This document shows positions 7,660-17,020 of a stretch of DNA of 64,000 nucleotides, piece by piece. The notes beneath the pieces are model-generated. The model had not been told where the DNA came from, searched no databases, and saw only the letters and a program-made list of their open reading frames with translations. The stretch's first letter is position 1, and each line of letters starts with the position of its first letter. The stretch comes from Myxococcota bacterium (GTDB lineage: Bacteria > Myxococcota_A > Polyangia > Nannocystales > Nannocystaceae). The position numbers were made by a program, and so were the translations under genes. The stretch is taken from the NCBI GenBank assembly GCA_039028615.1, contig JBCCHT010000008.1, positions 192,001 through 256,000 on the forward strand, given 5' to 3'.

Positions 7660-10600
7660 ATGACAGAGTCTTTCGTCTTCCGACGGCCAATTCTCCCGCT
7701 GAGTGCCCTCATCGACGCCGGAGCTTGTCAGTCGTCAACTAAGCAAAACGAGCACCTTTCCGAGCGTATCGACAGTGAGTGGCACTATCTGCGTAATTTG
7801 GTGACGGCACCATTGCTGCAACAAGCGCTGCACATTGCCAGCCCCAATGCGCTCCAAGCCCTCGGTGAAGAGTCGAGCGACCGGAAGCAACAGAAGAAGA
7901 TCGAACGCACACTTGCGCGCTATCTGTCGCGTATGACGTGGCGATGCGAACCCTTTGGGCTATTCGCAGGCATCGGCACTGGCACAATTAGCGAACGCAC
8001 CAATCTACACCCGGGCAAAGATCTCCGCCTTCGCCGCCATACCCGGCTCGACACCGGGCTGGTCGCCGATGTCGCCGCGCGCCTGCAGTCCCACCCGGAT
8101 GTGCTCCGAACCCTACGCTACTTCCCGAATTCGAGCGTATTTCGGGTCGCCGAGGGCGTGCGACACCTCGCCGCGCGCCCGACTTCGCGCGGGCGCACCT
8201 TCGATCTCGTCGCGCTCGAGTCTTCTGCGCCCATCGTGGCTGCGCTGGACTTCTGCCGACGAGGTGTGCCCTTTGCCGCCGTGGCAGACTATGTGGCCAC
8301 CGAGTTCGAGGCCGAGCACGAAGAAGCGATCGAGTTCGTGGAATCGCTCATCGAGAGTCAGACTCTGGTGAGTGAACTCGAGATCACCCTGACCGGAATC
8401 GAGCCCACACTGGCGCTGTGCGCGGCGCTGACCGAGCACGAAATCCCGGTGGCCGCCGCCGTCTGCGAGCACCTTCGCGCGATTCATGATGCGATCGAGT
8501 CCATCGATGGCACTGCGGTCGAACGCATCACGCTCGATGCTCAGCGCACGCTCGAGCACCGTGTCCGTGAGCTGGCCGGGCCCGACTACTCGGGGCCGCT
8601 GCTTCAGGTCGATCTGCACTTCGAAGGCGCCACGCCCACGCTGGGGCGCGACGTCGTGCGACAGCTTCGACGAGTCGCCGAAGTCCTGCCGTGGTTCGGT
8701 ACGCGCCAGCGCGGGGCCGAGGCGTTCGCGACTCGCTTCATCGAGCGCTACGGCTACGCCGAGGTGCCCCTGTTGGAAGCCGCGGACGAAGACTTCGGCA
8801 TCGGGGTCGCCACGTCGCAGCGCTCCTTGTCTCCGCTGCTCGGCGGCATCGTGTTTCCCATCGCCCTGGCCGTGGACCAGCCCAGCACCTGGGCCCCGCG
8901 TCACGAGTTCCTGCTCGAGCGCCTCAGCGGGGCGCTCCGCCGCGGCGAACGGGAGATCACCATCACCGCCGAAGACGTCGAGGCGCTGAGCGAGGTCGAG
9001 GACGCTCCCCTGCCGCTGCCGTCGGCGCTGTCGGTGCGGGCCACCGTAGTGGGGTCTGCGTCGCAGGTCGAGTCGGGTAAGGCGCGGGTGCTCGTGCGCG
9101 GCGTCGAGGGGCCCTCGGGAGCGCGGTTGTTGGGCCGCTTCGCCCACGGGGACCCCAAGCTCGCCGACGAGGTTCGCGAGCATCTGCGGGCCGAAGAACG
9201 ACTCGATCCCGAGGCCATCTTCGCCGAGATCGTGCACCTGCCCGAGGGACGCCAGGGCAACGTGTTGCTCCGCCCCGTGCTGCGCGAGCACGAGATCCCC
9301 TACATGGCCCGCAGCGGAGCGCCGCTCGACAAGCAGATCCCGCTCGACGATCTCATGGTGTCCGTCTCGGGCAACTCCGTGGTGCTGCGCTCGCGTCGGC
9401 TCGGCAAGCGCATCGTGCCGCGGTTGTCGACGGCCCACAACTACGACAACCTGCGGGCGCTTCCGCTGTATCGCTTGCTGGCCGCGATCCAAGACCAAGG
9501 CTGCGAACCCCGGGTCAAGTTCGAGTGGGGCCCGCTCGAGAACTCGGAATTCCTGCCGCGAGTGGTGTACGAGCGGGCGATCCTCAAGCCGATGACGTGG
9601 CGAGTCTCGGGTCATCGGCTCTCGCAGTGGGCCGCGCTCGAGGGGCAGGCCCTGGCCGATCACACCGCCGCGCTTCGCAAGGAGCTGGGGCTTCCTCGCT
9701 GGGTCATCTTGGCCTCGGATGTCGACGATCCGCTCGCGGTCGATCTCGAAAGCCCGATCATGCGCGAGTCGTTGGCTCAGATCCTTCGGCGGCGCACCTG
9801 GGCTCGCTTCACCGAGATGCTGCCCGGCCCCGACGAGCTGTGCTCCGATGGCCATGTGCACGAAGTCGTCGTGCCCTTGGTGCGCGACACTCCGCCCCGC
9901 GAGGTGCCTCGGGTCGAGCCGGTCGAGTCGAAGCTCCGCTACTACCCGCCGGGCAGCGAGTGGCTCTACGCGCGGCTCGTCGCCGGCCGCGGGTTGCTCG
10001 ACGACGTGCTGCTCGAGTTTCTGCCCGTGGTCTCGCAGGTGTTGGGCCAGCAGCAGGCCGACCGCTGGTTCTTCGTGCGCTACAACGACCCCTCGTGGCA
10101 CCTACGGCTGCGCCTGCACGGCGAGCCCACCCGGCTGTGGAACGAGGCCCGGCCCCGCCTCGACGAGGTCGCCGCGCGGCTCGTGGCCAACGGCACGCTC
10201 AGCGACTTCGAGTACTGCACCTACGACCGCGAGCTCGAGCGCTACGGCGGCGACGCCACCACGGAGATCTGCGAGCACATCTTCAACGTCGACAGCACCG
10301 CCATGGCGCGCATCGTGGCGCACGTGAACGACAGCGGGCAGGCCGACCTTCGTTGGCACGCGGGGCTCGTGGCCACCGATCGCATGCTCGACGACCTCGG
10401 CTTCGACCGGGCGGGCAAGATCGCGGTGCTCCAGCCGCTGCGGGACCTCATGGCCAGGGAGTTCCAGCTCGAAGGCGCGCGGGGCCGCTCGCTGAGCAAG
10501 AAGTACCGGAAGCTGCGCGGCACCGTCGAAGCCCTCGTCCAAGACCGCAACCACTCCGCCGCGCTGGCGCCGATCCACCAGATCCTCGACCAGCGCTCTG

Positions 10601-10797
10601 CTGCCCTGGTTCCCCTGGGCCAGCACCTGCGCCGAGCCGAGAGCACGCAGCCGCTCGATCGAGTCGGCTGCGCGCTGCTGCACATGCAGCTCAACCGCCT
10701 CTTCGACAGCTTCCAGCGCGAGCACGAGATGGTGCTCTACGACTTCCTGTACCGCCACCATCATTCGCAGTCCAAGCGCAGGACGCCCGGTCGATGA
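7660..10797 (+). CDS. lanB: Class I lanthipeptide-type dehydratase with fused glutamylation and elimination domains
   Basis: YLSRMTWRCEPFGLFAG, LQVDL, GPSGARLLGRF, PRLSTAHNY, FLPRVVYERAIL; C-terminal EWLYARL, WFFVRYNDPSWHLRLR, YDRELERYGG, LLHMQLNRL; 1045 aa. Confidence 0.95.
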   Translation: MTESFVFRRPILPLSALIDAGACQSSTKQNEHLSERIDSEWHYLRNLVTAPLLQQALHIASPNALQALGEESSDRKQQKKIERTLARYLSRMTWRCEPFGLFAGIGTGTISERTNLHPGKDLRLRRHTRLDTGLVADVAARLQSHPDVLRTLRYFPNSSVFRVAEGVRHLAARPTSRGRTFDLVALESSAPIVAALDFCRRGVPFAAVADYVATEFEAEHEEAIEFVESLIESQTLVSELEITLTGIEPTLALCAALTEHEIPVAAAVCEHLRAIHDAIESIDGTAVERITLDAQRTLEHRVRELAGPDYSGPLLQVDLHFEGATPTLGRDVVRQLRRVAEVLPWFGTRQRGAEAFATRFIERYGYAEVPLLEAADEDFGIGVATSQRSLSPLLGGIVFPIALAVDQPSTWAPRHEFLLERLSGALRRGEREITITAEDVEALSEVEDAPLPLPSALSVRATVVGSASQVESGKARVLVRGVEGPSGARLLGRFAHGDPKLADEVREHLRAEERLDPEAIFAEIVHLPEGRQGNVLLRPVLREHEIPYMARSGAPLDKQIPLDDLMVSVSGNSVVLRSRRLGKRIVPRLSTAHNYDNLRALPLYRLLAAIQDQGCEPRVKFEWGPLENSEFLPRVVYERAILKPMTWRVSGHRLSQWAALEGQALADHTAALRKELGLPRWVILASDVDDPLAVDLESPIMRESLAQILRRRTWARFTEMLPGPDELCSDGHVHEVVVPLVRDTPPREVPRVEPVESKLRYYPPGSEWLYARLVAGRGLLDDVLLEFLPVVSQVLGQQQADRWFFVRYNDPSWHLRLRLHGEPTRLWNEARPRLDEVAARLVANGTLSDFEYCTYDRELERYGGDATTEICEHIFNVDSTAMARIVAHVNDSGQADLRWHAGLVATDRMLDDLGFDRAGKIAVLQPLRDLMAREFQLEGARGRSLSKKYRKLRGTVEALVQDRNHSAALAPIHQILDQRSAALVPLGQHLRRAESTQPLDRVGCALLHMQLNRLFDSFQREHEMVLYDFLYRHHHSQSKRRTPGR

Positions 10798-11291
10798 GCG
10801 CCGAAGCGATCGTCGTGGGCCTGCTCGGGCTGTGGGTCGTGGCCGCGGCCCTCGTGCAGGTGCCGTGGGGCTCGCGGTGGGTGCCCAACGTGGTCATGAC
10901 GCTCTTTCTGCCGGTCTGGACTCTGTTCACCGACCCGATGATCGCGTTCGACTACGGCCTGTACTGGCAATCGCGGGGCAAGGGCGCGGACGAAGACGAG
11001 TGGGAGCCAGTAGAGATCGCCGCCCCACGCGGCCTGCTGAGCGCGCTGTGGAACCCCCGCAAGCGCATGGCGGCGCGCTTCCGTGCGCTGGTGGCCCTGG
11101 TCACCGCGCTGCGCATGCAACGAAGGACCGACGCGATCCCCGACTCGGTCGCCTACCGGATCCTCGAAGAGCACGTTCGCAGCCAACGCAGCAACCGCGA
11201 TCCCTTCGTGTTCGCCATCGTCATGACCGACCCGCGCGACGACGAGGCCGAGCCCCACTTTCTCTACGTCTCCGAGCGGTGTGAATCGTGA
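10794..11291 (+). CDS. SdpA-like / HTTM-partner membrane-anchored protein
   Basis: MSAEAIVVGLLGLW (TM)...LPVWTLFTDP..FDYGLYW...W...R...LWNPRKR, resembling the PxWxFFAP...WNP motif. ATGA overlap with lanB. Confidence 0.65.
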   Translation: MSAEAIVVGLLGLWVVAAALVQVPWGSRWVPNVVMTLFLPVWTLFTDPMIAFDYGLYWQSRGKGADEDEWEPVEIAAPRGLLSALWNPRKRMAARFRALVALVTALRMQRRTDAIPDSVAYRILEEHVRSQRSNRDPFVFAIVMTDPRDDEAEPHFLYVSERCES

Positions 11292-12124
11292 TCGCTCCGA
11301 TCGACAGCACCACGGCGCTGCGCCTGGTCGAGGTGGTCCTGGGCGCGAACCTGCTGCTCGCCTCGCTCGAGTACCTCGCGCAGCATGCCGACTTTCGCCC
11401 CGGCGGCCTGGCCTACGGCGGTGCGACCTTCCGCGGCGGCGGAGGCCTGCGGCGGGTCAACCGGGCCGTCGCCTCCGCCCCCTTGTTTCCGTTGCTCAGC
11501 GCGGTGCGGGGACTGGGCGCCATCGCGTTGATGGCCGGGGTCGTGCACGGCTCCGCCCTCCCCGTGCTGATGGTCGGCCTGTGTGCGCTGACCGTGGCCA
11601 TGAACATGAGCTTCGTGTTCGGCACGGATGCCTCCGATCAGATCAGCCTGCTCGTGCTCTTCGGCCTGACGGTGGGCGCCCCCTTCCGCGACAGCGAGTC
11701 CATTCGGCTGGCCACGCTGTGGTTCATCGCGCTGCACTCGGCCATCTCGTACATGAGCGCGGGGTGGTCCAAGCTGCGGATCCGCGAGTGGCGAGACGGT
11801 CGCTTCGTTCGCAGCGTCGCCACGTGCGAGCTGTACGGCCATCCGTGGACCCAGCGGGCGCTGTCCGGCCAGGCGATGGCCGTGCTCGCATCGTGGGCGA
11901 CCATGGGGTTCGAGGTCCTGTTCTTCCTCGCGATCGTGGGCGGTCCCGTGCTCGCCCCGGCCGTGCTCGTGGTGGGGTTCCTCTTCCACCTGAGCAACGC
12001 GGTGTTCATGGGCCTCAACCGCTTCGTCACCGCGTTCCTGGCCACCTACCCCGCACTGTGGTTTTGCGGGCAACGCCCCGAGTCGTTCCTCGATCTCGCC
12101 GCCGTCTTCACCACGGGAAGCTAG
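11288..12124 (+). CDS. HTTM-domain (SdpB-like) polytopic membrane protein
   Basis: GTDASDQI, YMSAGWSKL..EWRDG, WATMGFEVLF, FHLSNAVFMGLNRF; several TM helices; GTGA overlap. Confidence 0.8.
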   Translation: MIAPIDSTTALRLVEVVLGANLLLASLEYLAQHADFRPGGLAYGGATFRGGGGLRRVNRAVASAPLFPLLSAVRGLGAIALMAGVVHGSALPVLMVGLCALTVAMNMSFVFGTDASDQISLLVLFGLTVGAPFRDSESIRLATLWFIALHSAISYMSAGWSKLRIREWRDGRFVRSVATCELYGHPWTQRALSGQAMAVLASWATMGFEVLFFLAIVGGPVLAPAVLVVGFLFHLSNAVFMGLNRFVTAFLATYPALWFCGQRPESFLDLAAVFTTGS

Positions 12125-12126
12125 CC

Positions 12127-13350
12127 ATGCCCGATACCGCCGCCAACTCTGCCCCCATGCCCGGGCTCGGTGCCCTGCTGGGCATGGACGACCTCGCGCC
12201 GTTTTTTCGCGAGCACTGGCCCGACCGTCACTGCCTCACCCACGGCTCGGTCGAGCGGGTCGGCGAGCTGGGCCACGTGCCCGAGCTGGCCAGCGTCGAT
12301 ACCCTGCTCGAGGCCGTGGACGACGAGATCCTGGTCATGCCCAACCATCTGCCGGGTGAAGGCTACGGCGGGGGTGTGCCGGTCAAATCGTCGGCCGCCC
12401 GGGCGCTGTTCGCCTCGGGGCTGACGCTGTGGATCAAGCGACTCGACAAGTCGATCCCGTTCTTTGCGCGCTTGCGCTCCCGCTTTGCCGCCGACCTGGG
12501 CGTGGCCGAGTCCGACGTGCACCCGCAGCTGTGGGTCTCCCCCAAGGGCAAGGCCACACCGCAGCACTTCGATGCCGCCGAGGTGTTCGTGTTCCAGCTG
12601 CGGGGGCACAAGCGCTGGCGCGTCGCGCCCAACGACGAGGTCCGCTACCCCATGATCGACTCGCAGCTCAGTCGCATGCAGCTGCGTCGCGCCGACACGC
12701 AGCTCGACCTGCAGCCCGGCTCGTTTCTCTACCTCCCGCGCGGTCACTGGCACCACACCGAGGCGCTGTCCGAGTCCTGGTCGATCACCCTGTTCGTCAA
12801 GGCGCCGAGCTGGCTGCGAGTGCTGCAAGAGCACCTGTTCCGCGAGCTGGGTAAAGACGAACGGTGGCGCAAGCCGGTCGCGGTGGCCTCGCCCGTGGAG
12901 GGCTATCGGCGCGAGTCGGCCGCAGAACTCGGCACACTGCTGGGCGAGCTGGTGCACGAGTTCGCACCGCAGCACGCGGATGCGATCTTCGAGGCGGCCC
13001 GCCGCGGGGTGACCGGCCGAAGCCGAGCCGCCCGCGAGCGCTCGCGGACACGGCCGTATCGACGCATCGAAGGCAGCACCGTCGAAGTCGAGCGCGGCGG
13101 CTCGATGGTGGTGGTGCGGGTGAGCTCTACCGAAGACACGATCACCGAGCTGGAGCTGTCGGCCGAGCTCGAGTCCATCGTGCGGTGGATCATCGAGCAC
13201 GAGGGCGCCTTCAGCCCGGTCGATCTCGACCCGTTGCTGCACGAGATCGCGGGCGACGCCTTCTCGCGAGCGCTGTACACCAACCAGTACCTGCCCACGC
13301 TCTTGCACGAGCTGTATGATGCCGGGCTGCTCGGTAGCGACGAAGAATGA
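12127..13350 (+). CDS. JmjC/cupin (Cupin_4, RoxA-like) oxygenase
   Basis: FFREHWP...TPQHFDAAEVFVFQLRGHKRW...LQPGSFLYLPRGHWHHTEA...APSW; C-terminal part of ORF 11281..13350. Confidence 0.9.
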   Translation: MPDTAANSAPMPGLGALLGMDDLAPFFREHWPDRHCLTHGSVERVGELGHVPELASVDTLLEAVDDEILVMPNHLPGEGYGGGVPVKSSAARALFASGLTLWIKRLDKSIPFFARLRSRFAADLGVAESDVHPQLWVSPKGKATPQHFDAAEVFVFQLRGHKRWRVAPNDEVRYPMIDSQLSRMQLRRADTQLDLQPGSFLYLPRGHWHHTEALSESWSITLFVKAPSWLRVLQEHLFRELGKDERWRKPVAVASPVEGYRRESAAELGTLLGELVHEFAPQHADAIFEAARRGVTGRSRAARERSRTRPYRRIEGSTVEVERGGSMVVVRVSSTEDTITELELSAELESIVRWIIEHEGAFSPVDLDPLLHEIAGDAFSRALYTNQYLPTLLHELYDAGLLGSDEE

Positions 13351-14513
13351 GCGGCTCCGCTCCGCTCGGCCTCTCCGCCCTGTTCGCCCCGCTCTCCGAC
13401 CGCGACTTCCTCGAGCGGCACTGGCCGCACATCGGGTTGGTGCAGCACGGCGATCCCGAGCCCTGGACCTCGCTCACCGCCGAGCCTCGACTGGCCAGCC
13501 CTCTCGCGCTCGCGCAGGTGCATGCCGGGCCCATCCAGACGCTGGGCACCACCGACGAGGGCGGTCACGCCCAGCGGGAGGTCGCACGGGAGCAGGTGCC
13601 GACGCTGGTGGAGCAGGGCAAGAGCCTGAAGTTCGACGGTGTCGATCGAACCATCGAGGAGGTCGACCGCATGTGCGAGGCGTTGGCCAGCGACCTCGGC
13701 CTCGAGCGCTCGACCTGCTACTGCCAGGCGTTCTTGTCGGGCAAGGGTGAGCGCGTCGCCCTGCACTTCGACTCGGTCGAGGTCTTCGTGCTGCAGCTGC
13801 GCGGGCGCAAACGCTGGACACATGCACGCAACGACGAGGTTCGCTTTCCCCTCAACCCCTGGGCGCCAGGGGTCCAGAGCAGCCCCGACCACGGCATCGT
13901 GGCGCCCGATGGCTTCGATCCCGACGTCGACACGGAGTCCGCCGTGTTGCGGCCGGGCTCCGCGATGTTCGTGCCCCGCGGGTGGTGGCATGGCACCGAG
14001 GCCCTCGACGACGACTGCGTCTCGCTTTCGTTCATGGTGCACACACCGACGTGGATCGAGGTTGGGTTGGCCGCCCTGCGCAAGCGCTTGATGGCCTCTG
14101 AGGCCTGGCGGCGGCCGATCGCGCACGATCTATCGAAGGCGTCGGGGTTGCTCGAGTTCGTGAACGAGGCACAGGGCATGGTCGACCGCGCACAGCAGCT
14201 GGCGGGGCAGCTGGCGGCGATGGACCTTGCACCCAGGCGACCACGGCAGCTCCACGCGGACATGCAGCTTCAGCTGCGACCGGACACGACTCTCGAGACA
14301 TTCGTCGAAGATGGGCGGGTCGTCGCCTGCATCACCCGCCCGGGCGTGAAGCGACGAATCGCCGTCGGTCCCAAAGGCGCCGCGCTGTGTCGCTTCATCG
14401 TCGAGCAGCCGGGGCCGTTTTCGGTGAGCCGTGCTCGCGATGCGGTCTCCGAGCTCGACGCCGACCGCATCCTGCTCGCGCTCATCCGCCTGGGCGCGCT
14501 TCAGCCCTCGTAG
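13347..14513 (+). CDS. JmjC/cupin (Cupin_4, RoxA-like) oxygenase, paralogue of the upstream gene
   Basis: FLERHWP...LHFDSVEVFVLQLRGRKRW...LRPGSAMFVPRGWWHGTEA...TPTW; ATGA overlap. Confidence 0.9.
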   Translation: MSGSAPLGLSALFAPLSDRDFLERHWPHIGLVQHGDPEPWTSLTAEPRLASPLALAQVHAGPIQTLGTTDEGGHAQREVAREQVPTLVEQGKSLKFDGVDRTIEEVDRMCEALASDLGLERSTCYCQAFLSGKGERVALHFDSVEVFVLQLRGRKRWTHARNDEVRFPLNPWAPGVQSSPDHGIVAPDGFDPDVDTESAVLRPGSAMFVPRGWWHGTEALDDDCVSLSFMVHTPTWIEVGLAALRKRLMASEAWRRPIAHDLSKASGLLEFVNEAQGMVDRAQQLAGQLAAMDLAPRRPRQLHADMQLQLRPDTTLETFVEDGRVVACITRPGVKRRIAVGPKGAALCRFIVEQPGPFSVSRARDAVSELDADRILLALIRLGALQPS

Positions 14514-14514
14514 C

Positions 14515-16506
14515 TCACTTGCTCGCGGGCACCAAGCACACGCAGCGCCCACGCCAAAGCTCGATCATCTCCTGCACCAACGCCTCGAACTTCGCCCCCT
14601 GGGTCGGCAGCCCGAGCTCGTCCACCAACGCCGCGATCGTCTTTTGTCCATCGGCGGCACTCAGCACCGCAAACGCCTCCACGCTGACCTGAGCGGTGGG
14701 CGGCTTGAAGTCGGGCGAGGTCAACGTCCCCACCCGATGCACGTCGCCGCGCTTGACCAGCTCTTGGTAGACCGTCAGCGACGGCACCAGCTGCGCATGG
14801 TCCCGCGTGCCGACTTCACGCTTCTCGATGATGTGCTCGCCGATCACCAACGCGTCGAGCTCGGTGGTCAAAAACGCCACCATCGCGTCATGGGCCGTCT
14901 GCACGATCGGCTCGACGGCGTTGTTGAAGGAGGTATTGAGCACGACCGGCATCCCCGAGCGCTCACCGAACGCCTCGAGCAACCCGTGAAAACGCGGGTC
15001 GACCTGCTCGCGCACCACCTGTACCCGAGCCGTGCCGTCGACATGGGTCACCGCGCCGAGCGAGGGCCGATGAGGCTCCCGCACGGGCGCGACGAAGCCC
15101 ATGAACGACAGGTCGCTGTCGTCCTCGGGGATCTCGAAGTAGGTCCGCGCCGCCGCCTCGGTGACCGCGGGCGCAAAGGGCCGATAGCCCTCGCGCAGCT
15201 TGACCGCCCGATTCACCCGATCCCGCGTCCCCGCCTCGCGCGGGTCGGCCAGGATGCTGCGGTGCCCCAGCGCTCGCGGCCCGAACTCGGAGCGCCCCTG
15301 AACCCAGCCGACGATCTTGCCCTGGTGCAGCAGCGCCGCCGTGTCGGCACAGATCTGCTTCGAGCGCCGCGCGTGCACCCACCCCGCCCAGCGGTCGATC
15401 TCCGCGGATGGATCGCCGACATCGGGCCCCAGGTACGCATGCTTCAGCCGACGCGGCGCCGCGGCGCCGTGCCCGAGCCGACGACACACCTCCAACGCTG
15501 CACCGAGGGCTCCGCCTGCGTCGTGCGAGGCTGGCTGCACGAAAATCCCGTCGAACTCGCCCGAGGCCAACAACCGACCATTGAACGTAGAGTTGTGGGC
15601 GACACCCCCGGCCAAGCACAAGTGACGCTCGCCCGTCGCTTCGCGAAAATGATCGACGATGTGCATGGCGAGGGTCTCGAGGGTGGCTTGAATGGCCGCC
15701 GCGATATTGCGATGTGCCTCGGTGAAGGCCTCGCCCCGATGACGCACATCGGCGAGCACCCCAGCCTTCTGCAGCCGCGTGACCCAGGCATAAAGCGGCG
15801 CGACTTCGTAGGCGCCCTCGGGCTTCAGCTCGTACAGCGACGCGAAGGCCTCGGCGTGCACGGAGGGATCGCCATAGGGTGCCAGCCCCATGACCTTGTA
15901 CTCGTCGAAGCGCCGATAGCCGAGCAGGCAGATGAGGTCGCGATAGAGGTCGCCAAGCGACTGCGCCCCAGTATAGGTCTGCAGGCGCTCGAGCTCGCCG
16001 CCGCCGTGGGCCCGAAACACCATGCCCGAGTTGCCGTCGCCACCACCATCGATGACGACCACCAGCGCGCGCTCGAAGCCGCTGCAGGCGTAGGTGCTAC
16101 GCGCGTGGGCGATGTGGTGATTGACGAAGTGCAGGCGCGCGGACACGTCGACGCCGAACGCATCGAGGAAGGGCTGGGCGGCATAGGTGCGGGCACCGAG
16201 TTCGTCGGCCCCGTTGGCGCGACCGACCATCTCTTGGATGGACTCGAAGTCCCACGTGGGCTTGGACCAGTTGTTGGCGACGGCATCGACCTCGTCGAGC
16301 CCCACGCCCGCGATGTCGAGCACGGCCCGGATGGCACGCTCGGGGAAGTAGTTGCCGTGCTTGACCCGGGTGAGGCGCTCGTCCTCGACCGCGGCGACGA
16401 CATCACCATCGCGCACGACCACCGCGGTGGCGTCGTGAAAGCCATATCCGAGGCGGTTGTCTTGGCCGAGCCGGCGACGACCACCATGAAATCCAAGCAC
16501 GATCAT
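14515..16506 (-). CDS. Carbamoyltransferase (NodU/CmcH/TobZ family) with a C-terminal extension
   Basis: [85 protein letters not shown]. Confidence 0.95.
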   Translation of the reverse strand: MIVLGFHGGRRRLGQDNRLGYGFHDATAVVVRDGDVVAAVEDERLTRVKHGNYFPERAIRAVLDIAGVGLDEVDAVANNWSKPTWDFESIQEMVGRANGADELGARTYAAQPFLDAFGVDVSARLHFVNHHIAHARSTYACSGFERALVVVIDGGGDGNSGMVFRAHGGGELERLQTYTGAQSLGDLYRDLICLLGYRRFDEYKVMGLAPYGDPSVHAEAFASLYELKPEGAYEVAPLYAWVTRLQKAGVLADVRHRGEAFTEAHRNIAAAIQATLETLAMHIVDHFREATGERHLCLAGGVAHNSTFNGRLLASGEFDGIFVQPASHDAGGALGAALEVCRRLGHGAAAPRRLKHAYLGPDVGDPSAEIDRWAGWVHARRSKQICADTAALLHQGKIVGWVQGRSEFGPRALGHRSILADPREAGTRDRVNRAVKLREGYRPFAPAVTEAAARTYFEIPEDDSDLSFMGFVAPVREPHRPSLGAVTHVDGTARVQVVREQVDPRFHGLLEAFGERSGMPVVLNTSFNNAVEPIVQTAHDAMVAFLTTELDALVIGEHIIEKREVGTRDHAQLVPSLTVYQELVKRGDVHRVGTLTSPDFKPPTAQVSVEAFAVLSAADGQKTIAALVDELGLPTQGAKFEALVQEMIELWRGRCVCLVPASK

Positions 16507-16528
16507 GAAGGTCGAAGTCTACGTCACT

Positions 16529-17020
16529 TCACCCTCGTGGCCACACGCAAATGGCAGTCTCACAGTCGAGGCAATACTCATTGAATTCGCAAATCATGCC
16601 ATCAGGACAAGCGTGCTCACCATCGCACGAAAGCACGCATCCATTCTCCCACCATCCCGAGTGTGGCCGACCAAAGACCGCACAATCGGGCACGGCGTTG
16701 CCCGTGTCTGCGGCCGGGCAGTGGCTCGGCTCCGAGCACACCGCTCCGCACTGGCCGAGGGCCTCGAAACACTCGGGCGTGGGCTTGTAGCACTCGGCGG
16801 GGCCATCATTGGTGCACGGGCCATAGGGTGTATCCGCGGGGACGACTCCGTCGAAGTCGACGGCGCCGCTTCCGTCGAGTCGTTCACCCGAATCCGACGA
16901 AGCATCACTGTCGGAGTCATGGGAGTCGGTGTCTTCACCGAGGTCGACGGCGACCGGGTCATCGACGGCACAAGCGACCGCACAAAGGAACAATGAACTG
17001 GAGAGCAACCAACGAGACAT
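16529..17020 (-). CDS. Small Cys-rich lipoprotein
   Basis: MSRWLLSSSLFLCAVAC lipobox, acidic linker, C-terminus with more than 10 Cys. Confidence 0.7.
   Translation of the reverse strand: MSRWLLSSSLFLCAVACAVDDPVAVDLGEDTDSHDSDSDASSDSGERLDGSGAVDFDGVVPADTPYGPCTNDGPAECYKPTPECFEALGQCGAVCSEPSHCPAADTGNAVPDCAVFGRPHSGWWENGCVLSCDGEHACPDGMICEFNEYCLDCETAICVWPRG

Noticed and set aside
7660..10797. LanB as a PEARL (peptide aminoacyl-tRNA ligase) or part of a thiopeptide pathway
   Set aside because: The elimination domain is fused and looks intact, unlike PEARLs. No YcaO or pyridine synthase is present and the core has only one Cys.
11281..13350. 689-aa ORF suggesting an HTTM-JmjC fusion
   Set aside because: The N-terminal part is an Arg-rich off-frame reading of the HTTM gene. 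The JmjC gene begins at ATG 12127.
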